Positions 1 through 10,771 of a stretch of 64,000 nt of DNA are shown here, one piece after another. The stretch is from Octopus sinensis. Its lineage: Eukaryota. The stretch lies in NCBI RefSeq assembly GCF_006345805.1, contig NC_043001.1, forward strand, positions 63,984,001 to 64,048,000, given 5' to 3'. The position numbers were made by a program, and so were the translations under genes. Each line of letters begins with the position of its first letter. The stretch's first letter is position 1. Under the pieces are notes generated by a model. It worked only from the letters and a program-made list of their open reading frames with translations, was not told where the DNA came from and searched no databases.

Positions 1-943
1 ACTGTCTCATCAGTAAAGTACTCCTTAAAGCATAAATTTATGAGTATTTAAAAAATACGCACTTGACCATGCAACATCAAGTGTCCTACATTCATTCACA
101 CACACAAAAATATATTGCTGCGTTTAATTTAAATCTCACTTTTATACCCACATATGTTTTCAGATCTAAGACTACAGTAAATGCCATTTCGATCATGGAG
201 TGAATTATTCAAAAATCATTTTAATAATAATACAGAGTAACATCAATAATGATTTTATCGGGTAGCCAATGCAGAAAATAAAAACCTTTTATGTAAAATA
301 ATTTTTGAATAATTCACTCCATTATCAAAACTTTAACATCTATTTTTAGCAGTGCAAGGTGATGCTTTAATCTGACCCCTTGTTATAATTATGCATATAA
401 TTATTATTATATATATATACACACACACACACAGATATGCATAATTGTGTACAGAAGAATATATTATTCAAAGAAATTCCAACTTTGATTTTTACATTTT
501 ATTTACAAACTTAAAATAATATAGTATAATGAAATGATAAAATATTAAATGTCCATTTTGATTGAACTAGTACTTTCTTGCATTAAACTATGCAATTTTT
601 GGCTTCATGTAGTAAGTGGTAACAGCTATGTTTTACAATTTACAACTATGGCAAAATGGCTAAGCCTTGTGCCTTAAATAAATTTGTATAGGCTCCAGAA
701 TGTTAATTTTTGCAAACTGTATTCTGACCAATCAGTGTGTGATTTTACTAAATTACTTAAGTTGATTGGTGTTTGATTTAGGCATCATGGTTTGTTGAAC
801 AGTGTCAAGAGGTCTGTATTTTGACCCTGGCCACTGGCCAAAGCAGTAATTGTTGGGCTATTTTTAGAAATGTTGTAAACAATATTTCCCAGGGATTTTT
901 ACATTTCAATTATCATCATCAAGATTTTAATCTCCTTTATCAT

Positions 944-954
944 TGTCGTTGTTG

Positions 955-986
<32 letters not shown>

Positions 987-995
987 GGTGGTGAT
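944..995. repeat. (GTT)n-(GGT)n compound microsatellite
   Basis: Direct read of gttgttgtt...ggtggtggt. Confidence 0.9.
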
Positions 996-1214
996 GATTG
1001 GGGTGATGGTAGGAGTAGCTGTGGTACTAGAACTTTAAACCCCAAAATAAGATAATTTTTACTGACTTTACCCTTGACATAGCTAGTACTTTCCTGCTAT
1101 CATCATAATGAGCAACTTTAATATTATTGTTGTTAGTGGGAGTATCAGTAGAAACAATTGTTGTATCAGTAGAAACAATTACTCTAAGTTACATATGTTA
1201 CATATGTTACATAT

Positions 1215-1575
1215 GTATGGAATTTATTTATGAACTTCTTTTCTCTAAGTTTTCTTTCAATTTCACTTCGACTGTGTACTTTGTAGAATGGAAATATAAA
1301 TATATTCCAACTGCATGTTGCTAGATGGTTACTCAAAGGTATCTCATGGACATCAGGGTCTCTAATTTGTTGTCAGTGCACCCAGTCTGAACTACATATA
1401 GTTCTTCACAATTTGAGCATTTGATGCAATAATTTAAATTTCAGCTTTTACAGTTCATATTTCTGTGTGTGAAAATTGTTCCAGTTTTTGTGTTCATATA
1501 TTGGCCAGTAAGTATGACTAGACATGTGCCACATTGGCTTTCATTGCATTTAGGTACAGTGAATGATTGGTCTTT
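1215..1575 (-). mobile_element. Decayed Penelope-like element 3' fragment (Cys motif + GIY-YIG endonuclease)
   Basis: Manual minus-strand translation gives FTVPKCNESQCGTCLVILTG...NMNCKS*NLNYCIKCSNCEELYVVQTG...QIRDPDVHEIPLSNHLATC...FPFYK, collinear with the GIY-YIG fragments at 3668-3850 and 50094-50480. It is not in the ORF track. Confidence 0.75.
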
Positions 1576-1770
1576 GTTTCAAATATATATATATGTCTGT
1601 ATATATATATATATATATATATATAAATATCGTGTACATTATAACACATTAAGAGGCTTCCAAATAGGAAAGTCTTGTGCTCAAAAGAGCAGTAGAAAAC
1701 TCAAACCACTAATTATGGATAAATTCTCGAAAGGATTGAAAATTAAAAACGTTTACCATCTAATTTAGTT

Positions 1771-1838
1771 CCTAGACCATGGTTTCTAACTCATTCCAGT
1801 AAAAAAAATATTTACTGAGGCTAGTTTTCATCAGTAGG
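1771..1838 (-). ncRNA. Type I hammerhead ribozyme motif, intact core
   Basis: Minus strand reads CCUA-CUGAUGA-A AACU..CAGUAAA/UUUACUG..AGUU A-GAAA-CCAUGG-UC-UAGG: stem I CCUA/UAGG, palindromic stem III ACCAUGGU, GUC cleavage triplet. Confidence 0.8.
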
Positions 1839-1909
1839 GAGCCTTTAGATTTCAAATATACACACAACTAGATTCGCATGTAAACTAGTTGCCTGTATTT
1901 ATTTCCGGC

Positions 1910-3540
1910 GACAGTGTTTGTGTTTGTGGGTCGTTTTTGATTGGTCCCAGGGTTTATTGTGGTGTAAGTAGATGTGTCTGAGTGTGTTTAATATTTGGTA
2001 GGATGGTGTGTGTATATGTGTGCACGTTTGTGTGTGTGTGTATGGTTAATGTTTGTTAGTGTGTTGTGTGTGCACTAGTGTGTGTATGTGCTTGTTTGTA
2101 TGTGTGCCTGTGTGCGTGTGTATGCTCGTGTATTTTGTGTTGGTTGGGATGCTATGTGTGTGTAGGTGAGTGTGTGTGTAATATGAATGTGTGTGTGTGT
2201 CTCTGTCCTAGTATGTTTGTGATTGTTATGATTGTCTTGGTGTTGTGTGTGTGTGTGTGTGATTGGTATTTGTTATAGTGTTGTGTGTGCACGCATATGT
2301 GTGTGTATGTGTGCGTCTGTATGTATGTTTGTGTATTTTTTGTGTTGATGGGGATGTTATGTGTGTATGGGAGTGTGCATGTTGTGTCTGAGATGTATGT
2401 GTGTGTGTATTTGATCAACCGTGTGTGTGTGTATGTATGTGTGTGATTGGTATTTGTCATGGTGCTTTGTTTGCGCATGTGTGTGTATATGTGCGTCTGT
2501 ATGTGCACGTGTGTATGTTTGTGTGTTTTTTGTGTTGGAAGGGATGTTATGTGTGTGTATGTGTATGTTTGTGTGTTTTTTGTGTTGATGGGGATGTTAT
2601 GTGTGTGTATATGTGAGTGTATGTGTGTTGTGTCTGTCTGAGTATGTTTGTGTTTTAAATGTCCTTGTGGTGTGTGTGTGTTAGCAACTGTATGTGTGTG
2701 TGTGTTAGCAACTGTATGTGTGTGTGAGGGTGCATATGTATGTGTGTGGGCATGTGTGGATGTGTATGTGTGTGTAAGTGTGTTGTATTTATCAGGGGTT
2801 CTGTGTGTCCATGTGTGTTGGGTTTATCTGGGTGGTGAGTGTATATGCATTTTGTGTGTGTTGGTATTGATTATGTGGTTGTGTGTGTATATGTGGGTAT
2901 GGTTTATGTAGTTCTGTAGTTTCCATGTGTGTGTTGCATTTGTGAGTGATTTGTTTTGTTTGTATTGTTAGTACAATGTGTGCATATATGTGTAGGAGTG
3001 TTTGTGTGGGTGTGTCTATGTGTCTTGTATTTGTCGGGGAGGTGTGTGTGCATGCTTGTGTGTATGTATATTTGTGAATGTTTGTTGTGGTTGTTACTGG
3101 GGTGTGGGCGTATTGTGTGTGTGTGTGTGTACAGGTGTGCGTAAATACGTGTGTTTTTGTGTGAGTTGTGTTGTAGTTGCGTGTTTGTTTGTGTATCTGT
3201 GTGTGTGTGGTTGTGTTTGTGTGAATGTGATTTGTAATTTCGGGGTGGTGTGTGTAGGTGTGTGCATGTCTGTGTTCACATATGTGTATATGTGTGTGAA
3301 AGTGTTGGTTAAGGATGCTAAAAACATATTGCAAGTGTATATATGTATGTGTTTTTTCTTGGGATATGTGAGGGTTTGTGTTCTAGTGTGAGGGTATTGT
3401 GTTTGTGCAAGTGTATTTGCGTCAGAGGTTGGCATTGTTTTTGTGTGTGCGTGATTTTGTATATCTGTATGTGTTTGTTTTGGATGTGTACCTGGGGGTA
3501 TGTTAGAGTATGTTTAGTTGTGGTCTGTATTTTTGAATAA
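1910..3540. repeat. Degenerate (TG)-rich low-complexity tract
   Basis: About 1.6 kb of imperfect TG/TGTA repeats. The ORFs here are V/C- or H/T-rich artefacts. Confidence 0.9.
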
Positions 3541-4120
3541 GATTATTTTTCCTATTTATTCGTGTTTGGTCTGTAGTGTTGTCTGGGCATTGGTATAGTG
3601 GCGAAACTAAGAATTTGGGGGACTTATTGTGTGCACAGAGGTCTAAGTGCCCACTAAGTGGTATCTGTCATGTGGTGGGGTCCCTCAGTTGTTGGCTGTG
3701 AACTGTCATCCTTTCTCTGAGGGTAAGGCTCATTTGCCCTATGTAGTCTTCGTGGCACCCTTCACACCTTATGACATAGAGTAAATTTTTTGATGTGCAG
3801 GTGAAATTATTTTTTATGACAAAGATGTGTCCCAACTGGAATTTGTACACTGTTCCTTCAATGAGGTGGATGCAAGTCCTGCAGTTGGAACGACCACACT
3901 TTTTGACAGTGGGCGGTGGGTTTCTGTAGTGTAATTTTGCATTGGTGAGTAGGTTTTTTTAGGGATTTGGGTTGTCTTTTACTTTTTATTATTTTATGAG
4001 TTGCGAGTAAATTTTTTAGACGTGGGTCTTGATTTAGCTGTGGAATGTTGTTGTATATAATTGTGTAAGCTTCTACATTTCTTGGATTGTGTGTTGAGAG
4101 ATAGGGGATGCTATTTACTG

Positions 4121-4338
4121 TACTCTCTCTTTTTACTCTTTTACTTGTTTCAGTCATTTGACTGCGGCCATGCTGGAGCACCGCCTTTAGTCGAGCAACT
4201 CGACCCCAGGACTTATTCTTTTGTAAGCCCAGTACTTATTCTATCGGTCTCTTTTTGCCGAACCGCTAAGTGACGGGGACGTAAACACACCAACATCGGT
4301 TGTCATGCAATGCTAGGGGAACAAACACAGACACACAA

Positions 4339-4371
<33 letters not shown>

Positions 4372-4533
4372 CATATATACGACAGGCTTCTTTCAGTTTC
4401 CGTCTACCAAATCCACTCACAAGGCATTAGTCGGCCCACGGCTATAGCAGAAGACACTTGCCCAAGATGCCACGCAGTGGGACTGAACCCGGAACCATGT
4501 GGTTGGAAAGCAAGCTACTTACCACACAGCCAC
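4121..4533 (-). mobile_element. tRNA-derived SINE family A (octopus-type), full length
   Basis: Minus-strand head GTGGCTGTGTGGTAAG (A-box-like) and GGGTTCAGTCCC (B-box-like), internal (TA)/(TG) tract, tail GGCGGTGCTCCAGCATGGCCGCAGTCAAATGACTGAAAC plus AAAAGAGT repeats. Many copies in the window. Confidence 0.9.
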
Positions 4534-4539
4534 GTCTAC

Positions 4540-4613
<74 letters not shown>

Positions 4614-4763
4614 TGGTTGGTTAGCAAGCTACTTACCACACAGCCGTGGATGTGTTTTGGTTTTCATAAGTCTTGGGTGGTAATTGATTTGGCCTGTTCT
4701 ATTCCGTTGTCCACTGTGTATATACAATACCAATATTCTTCTGAACTTTTTAATAATTCTTTC

Positions 4764-4951
4764 TGTAAACTGTTGTTAACATTCTCTTATTATTATCAAA
4801 GAATTTATATATGTATTGTAATCTTTTGTAACCAATATTTTAATGAACTTGTCAAATTTTTTTATATTTTCCCAAGATTTTCCCTTGTAAACTGTTTTTA
4901 ACATGTTCTTATTATTATCAAAGAATGTATATATGTATTGTAATATTTTGT
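4764..4951. repeat. Diverged direct repeat, period ~122 bp
   Basis: tgtaaactgtt..aaca...cttattattatcaaagaat.tatatatgtattgtaat.ttttgt at ~4764 and ~4886. Confidence 0.7.
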
Positions 4952-5068
4952 GACAACCAGTACCGAATACAACAAAGCTTTTACATGTTACTTTTAACAA
5001 TCTTTTTCTAAAAAAGTGAAACCAGTCAAGTAAATAAACATCTTTTAAAATTGCATTTTCAAACCTTC

Positions 5069-5107
<39 letters not shown>

Positions 5108-5149
5108 TTCATACATACACACACATGCATACATGTATGTCTGTGTATG

Positions 5150-5197
<48 letters not shown>

Positions 5198-5223
5198 TAT
5201 ACATATACATATTATATGTATAC

Positions 5224-5454
5224 AAGGCGGCGAGCTGGCAGAAACGTTAGCACACCGGGCGAAATGCTTAGCGGTATTGCGTCTGTTGTTGTGTTCTGAG
5301 TTCAAATTCCGCCGAGGTCGACTTTGCCTTTCATCCTTTTGGGGTCGATAAATTAAGTACCAGTTACGCACTGGGGTCGATGTAATCAACTTAATCCATT
5401 TGTCTGTCCTTGTTTGTCCCCTCTATGTTTAGCTCCTTGTGGGCAATAAAGAAA
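5224..5454 (+). mobile_element. tRNA-derived SINE family B, full length
   Basis: Head GGCGGCGAGCTGGCAGAAACGTTAGC, B-box GAGTTCAAATTCC, central GAGGTCGACTTTGCCTTTCATCC...GGGGTCGATAAATTAAGTACC. Second full copy at 49335-49563 (-). Confidence 0.88.
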
Positions 5455-5814
5455 CACATATTATACGTATACATATATAAGGTTAGCTGAGGTAGAGATT
5501 AAAATAATCATCTAAGGAATAGAAATATCCATTATACTATGGGTATATTACCTACATTTAACCATGGGCACACATATGCAAGCATATTATGCTCATAAAT
5601 TATAGGTAAAGACAAGGATAAACATGAGTTTATCAAGAAAGAAAATGTAATGAAAACAGAAAATGGAGAAACATTGATGAACAACAATTGACTAACATCA
5701 ATTATTATTTATTAATTCAAAACAGTCTATTTGTATTGAATTAATAAATAATAATTGATGTAAGTCAGTTGTTGTTCATCAATATTTCTCCATTTTCTGT
5801 TTTCTTTATATATG

Positions 5815-6350
5815 TGTTGCAATACTGAGTCCTTATCTGAGATGAAGAAGACAATATCTTTGGTAGTATGCAGTGCCGTCCAGTTCGGTGATTGGTATAG
5901 TTTTTAATTCCTAAGTTGAGAGCTAGACCTTCTAGATCTTCTATATGCATATCACTGCATACCTTTCTCACCTTCTCTCCAGGGAGTAGAGCTTCAGTTG
6001 TTGTAGCCTCTCCCAGTAGCTCACCTGTTTCACCAAGTCAATCTTCTTTGTGTAGTGATGTTGGATTGCCTCAAGTTCTGCCACCAATTTGACATAGTTG
6101 GGCGACCACAGTTAGGAGCAGTAATCCAGATGACTGAGGACGAATGTCCTCCATAAGAGTAGCAATGTAGCCTTATTTCTTATTCTGAATGATTTAAATA
6201 CCCATCTAGCTACTTGCCTGCAGATTGTTGCCATCCTGGCAATATACACATGGAATGTTGCATCACTATTCCAGTGGATTCCCAGGTCATGAACCGATTC
6301 TAACTCTGGGATTCTACTGCCCCTTGGTCCTATGTATTCCCATTGTAGTC
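5815..6350 (-). mobile_element. Decayed CR1/L2-group LINE, RT C-terminal fragment
   Basis: SVHDLGIHWNSDATFHVYI...LWRTFVLSHLDYCS*LWSP...RTGRHC, homologous to the 3' end of the LINE at 59815-63590. Confidence 0.85.
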
Positions 6351-6639
6351 TATCGTATGTATGTATATATGATAATAACCTTAAAATCCACAAAACATTC
6401 ATAATCTTTTCTTTTAAATGTATAATACTGAATGTAATATAGATAACAAAAAGGATTCGCAAAATTCATGCTAACAAGTTTGGTTCACTAGAGATTCTAA
6501 AGAAAGGGTAATCTTATGAAGAACTGGCTGAGAACATCAAGGAACTGCTGGAAAGTCAATATCCAATTTTCTTGTCAGCTCTCTGAATATAAGGGCCTTG
6601 ATTGATAATGAAATTTCTGCTGATTTGTTAAACACAGGG

Positions 6640-6845
6640 AAAATATTGTTGCTCTGATACCACTAAGAGTCAATACACTGAAATATATGGCGGTTACACT
6701 GTTTTATGGCATAGAAGGGATGACAATTATAGGAGGGGAATCTGGAGTTGATTTTACACTTAAGTCAATATTAATTCCACATTTTATGGAACTGCTGACA
6801 AGCTTCAATGAGGAATGTCTGTCCCAAGCCTGTGGTCATTCAGGT
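6640..6845 (+). mobile_element. Possible very old RTE endonuclease remnant
   Basis: ...RGESGVDFTLKSILIPHFMEL...ACGHS resembles RESGVGFAIKTTLTSKLEELPCGHS of the RTE at 47926-48252. Confidence 0.4.
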
Positions 6846-6899
6846 ATGTTGAATGTTTTAATTTAGAGAAAGAAAACTTGTGAAATATTTACTCAGTCT

Positions 6900-6994
<95 letters not shown>

Positions 6995-7043
6995 GTATAT
7001 ATATGTATATACATATATACATACATATATATATATATATACA

Positions 7044-7084
<41 letters not shown>

Positions 7085-7085
<1 letters not shown>

Positions 7086-7495
7086 CATCATCATCATCAT
7101 CATCATTTAGCATCCACTTTCCATGCTAGCATGGGTTGGACGGTTCAACTGGGGTCTGGGAAGCCAGAAGGCTGCACCAGGCCCAGTCTGATCTGGCAAT
7201 GTTTCTATGGCTGGATGCCCTTCCTAACGCCAACCACTCCATGAGTGTAGTGGGTGCTTTTTACGTGCCAGACTCATCTGGCAAACGGCCACGATCGGAT
7301 GGTGCTTTTTATGTGCCACCGGCATGGGGGCCAGGCGAGGCTGGCAACAGCCATGAACGGATGGTGCTTTTTACGTGCCACCGGCACGAGGCCAGTCGGG
7401 GCGACACTGGCAACGGCCACGTTCGGATGGTTCTCTCACGTGCCACCGGCACTTGGTATCTCAGCTGCAATTTCCATTGATCGATTTCGATTCTG
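7085..7495 (-). mobile_element. RTE-family LINE 3' UTR only (5'-truncated), (GAT)n tail
   Basis: Reverse complement of the 3' UTR at 28985-29433, including the ~55-65-bp TGCTTTTTACGTGCCACC tandem units and (CAT)n. Confidence 0.88.
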
Positions 7496-7543
<48 letters not shown>

Positions 7544-7573
7544 ATATGTTTATATATATATATATATATATAA

Positions 7574-8290
7574 AAATTAGAGAAAAACCACTATTATGCA
7601 ATTCAAACAATGATAGGCATAAACCAAATTATAAAATGACTACATACAATTAAATTTAAATTTAATCGAAAAACAATTCAATTTAAAAATATAGTCACTC
7701 CTCTAAAAATATTAAGTGTGATTGTTTTGTAAAATAGTTTGTAATGTAAATATCAGAGTATAGCTAGTGTTTAATTTAATGTTATTCTCAAAGCTAAATT
7801 ATATCTTCACAGATAAATACATTTTTCTATATATTTACTTTATTTTTTTACCTTAGGTTTTTAACATGATAAATGTATTTTAAGTACCTGGTCCTACTGT
7901 TTAACTTTCAAATTTAGTTAATGGAGTTTCTTCTATAAGAACAATCATGATTTTATTTCTTTAAGAAATATTGTTTAATTCTATTTGATTATTTATTTAA
8001 CTATTATTGTTATTATTGTTGACATGAGGAGTGACTATATTTTTAAATTGAATTGTTTTTCGATTAAATTTAAATTTAATTATAATTCAAATTTAAATTA
8101 TTAATTCGAATTTAAATTATAGCCATGAAACGTACGTAGTCTTTTTACTTATTATATATTGTTTATTCATTTTTGTACTTTTTGTGATCTAGTTATATGT
8201 TTTATAATATATTTTATTTTTTCTTTATGATTTGGTTTATGCCTATCATTGTTTGAATTACATAATAGTGGTTTTTCTCTAGTTTATATA
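7574..8290 (+). mobile_element. AT-rich PLE pseudo-LTR-like repeat with an inverted partial copy
   Basis: 7574-7702 is largely the reverse complement of 8026-8080 plus 8228-8285. Contains a hammerhead motif. Related element at 43615-44700. Confidence 0.65.
8021..8141 (+). ncRNA. Type I hammerhead motif with C3A substitution
   Basis: GAC-AUGAGGA-GUGACUAUA...UAUAGCCAU-GAAAC-GUAC-GUA-GUC: stem I GAC/GUC, long AU-rich stem II, palindrome ACGUACGU. Confidence 0.65.
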
Positions 8291-8449
8291 TATTATATAT
8301 TTATATTGTGAAATTTGATTTAGTACTAAATTGAATTCTTCCCTGTAAGTTTGGAGTTATACTCCCTAATATCATTATTATTATATGCATGTATGTATGT
8401 ATGTATGTATGTATGTATGTATGTATGTATGTATGTATGATATATATAT

Positions 8450-8500
<51 letters not shown>

Positions 8501-8504
<4 letters not shown>

Positions 8505-8750
8505 TGTTGTGTCTGGGGAGAGTCATTTTCTTTTTGCGCCTTATAATATATAGTCGTGACTATTGAAAAGGTTGCAAGATGCAATGAAAATTTTAGGAAA
8601 ATAACAATAAGAAATAAGTGGAAATTTTACTGGTGAGTGTGTTACATTATAAGGACACAAAAAGAAAATGACTCTACCCAGATACAACAGAATATGCTTC
8701 AACACACAAACTCATATAAAGAATCTTGCCAACCAAATCCCAAAATGATA
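8501..8750. repeat. Interspersed repeat (probable PLE pLTR end) with 45-bp inverted copy
   Basis: 8501-8545 pairs with 8647-8693. Same family at 22680-22885. Confidence 0.65.
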
Positions 8751-8760
8751 TATATATATA

Positions 8761-8910
<150 letters not shown>

Positions 8911-8918
8911 ATGTATAC

Positions 8919-8970
8919 AATGGCGGTGCCCCAACATGGCCACAGCTCGTGAGCTGAAACTAGATAAAAT
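8919..8970 (+). mobile_element. Extremely 5'-truncated CR1/L2-group LINE tail
   Basis: AATGGCGGTGCCCCAACATGGCCACAGCTCGTGAGCTGAAACTAGATAAAA matches the 3' end of the LINE at ~59825-59875 (-). Confidence 0.75.
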
Positions 8971-9731
8971 ATATATATATATATATATCAGTGGCAGCTC
9001 CATCACTCAGGTTGTTCAGGCTTAGCCTGAGAATAACTTTAGTAAAAGTGAACATGTATTTGCAAGTTGATTTAATTTCTGCCAACAGTGACTTCAAGTA
9101 TGTATTTGCAGCCAATAACTCAGGCTCCTATTATTGAGCCTGGTCACAGTTAATTTACTTTTATTCAGTGTCTGGTGGTAGTCTTAGAGGTGGCCTGTGT
9201 CAAGAAATATCATTCATAGCAGACGCCCTCTCGACATCATTCACATGCGCCTGACTCGGGCTCAGAAGTTACAGCCTGAGTTGTTATTTATAATCATTAA
9301 AATTAAAAGTAATTCAAATTCAATGTTTTCTTGAAACAATAAATTTCTATAGAGATTAGCATTTAAATTCCATTCAATGAAAAGCTTCCGTTCTACAATA
9401 TTCTTATAGGAACGAAAAATTATCCAGCAACTCAGGCTAATACAAACGAGTCTGGTAGGTGTAAAAGACTAACTGGTATCTCTTGTCAAGAGTACAGGCG
9501 ACAGTCAGATTGTTGATGTTGTACACTCCACTGTCGTTATTTGATTGCTGTAATTCTGCACATCTGTGTGTAAAGATCAGTTGTATTTTGCAGGGTTGCT
9601 TTATTTTTATTCTTAACTTAGAAATAAAGAAACAATATTTCTGTCTTAGGATCTTTTCCTTTTGATTGGCAGTTTGTAACATAATTTCTAGGTAACTAAA
9701 AAATTTTAAACTTCGTATAAAGCCTGTTGTA

Positions 9732-9762
<31 letters not shown>

Positions 9763-9779
9763 TTGTATGTGTGTGTATA

Positions 9780-9992
9780 TGTTTGTATGTCTGTGTTTGT
9801 CCCTCTAGCATTGCTTGACAACTGATGATGGTGTGTTTACGTCTCCTTCACTTAGCGGTTCGGCAAAAGAGACCGATAGAATAAGTACTGGGCTTACAAA
9901 GAATAAGTCTCGGGGTCGATTTGCTCTACTAAAGGCGGTGCTCCAGCATGGCCGCAGTCATATGACTGAAACAAGTAAAAGAGTAAAAGAGT
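9780..9992 (+). mobile_element. SINE family A, 3' half
   Basis: Matches the family A body and tail. Confidence 0.88.
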
Positions 9993-10004
9993 ATATATAT
10001 ATAT

Positions 10005-10254
10005 ATAATCAGAAGCGACTCCAGGTCATCAGTGTACCTCAGGCGCATCACAGATTTCGCGTAAGACACGTAATAAAAGAAGGTAAGATACTGGTAGAAT
10101 GTGTTTATAAAACATCATTTTCTCTTGGCTTTATTGAGAAAATTCTATAGGTTGTAACATATTTCGTCTTTAATTTCTTGCATTTCGGCAATTTTAACCA
10201 ATCACTGGCATCCATTTTGGTAACACTGATGACCTGGAGTCGCTTCTGATTATA
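10005..10254. mobile_element. ~250-bp element with ~30-bp perfect terminal inverted repeats in a (TA)n tract (MITE-like)
   Basis: TAATCAGAAGCGACTCCAGGTCATCAGTGT ... ACACTGATGACCTGGAGTCGCTTCTGATTA. Confidence 0.6.
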
Positions 10255-10265
10255 TATATATATAT

Positions 10266-10605
10266 ACTCTTTTACTTGTTTCAGTCATTTGACTACGGCC
10301 ATGCTGGAGCACCGCCTTTAGTCGAGCAAATCGACCCCGGGACTTATTCTTTGTAAGCCCAGTACTTATTCTATCTGTCTCTTTTGCCGAACCGCTAGGT
10401 GACAGTTGTCAAGCAATGCTAGAGGGACAAACACAGACACACAAACATACAAATATATATATGACAGGCTTCTTTCAGTTTCCGTCTACCAAATCCACTC
10501 ACAAGGCTTTAGCAGGCGACACTTGCCCAAGATGCCACGCAGTGGGACTGAACCCAGAACCATGTGGTTGGTTAGCAAGCTACTTACCACACAGCCACTC
10601 CTGCA
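10266..10605 (-). mobile_element. SINE family A with internal deletions
   Basis: Head and tail match the copy at 4121-4533. Confidence 0.9.
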
Positions 10606-10614
10606 CCTATATAT

Positions 10615-10647
<33 letters not shown>

Positions 10648-10650
10648 ATA

Positions 10651-10692
<42 letters not shown>

Positions 10693-10698
10693 ATTATT

Positions 10699-10752
<54 letters not shown>

Positions 10753-10771
10753 TATATATATAATATATATA

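Larger units (their letters stand above)
1625..4712 (-). mobile_element. 5'-truncated Penelope-like element: RT-thumb/GIY-YIG remnant, long AC-rich 3' tract and pseudo-LTR; interrupted by a SINE
   Basis: ORFs 3858-4120 (IPYLSTHNPRN...KSKRQPKSLKK) and 3668-3850 (NLLYVIRCEGCHEDYIGQ...RERMTVH). Coding remnant resumes at 4646-4712 (VDNGIEQAKSIT). Hammerhead motif on the same strand at 1771-1838. Confidence 0.75.

Noticed and set aside
2066-3540. Many overlapping ORFs rich in C/V or H/T (also 18060-19430, 22167-23328)
   Set aside because: Translations of TG/CA microsatellite tracts that lack stops; no protein signal.
4470-4533. tRNA-like A/B boxes in SINE heads
   Set aside because: No complete cloverleaf; they are continuous with SINE bodies.
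10222-10254. CUGAUGA in the terminal inverted repeat as a hammerhead
   Set aside because: No correctly placed GAAA or consistent stems.
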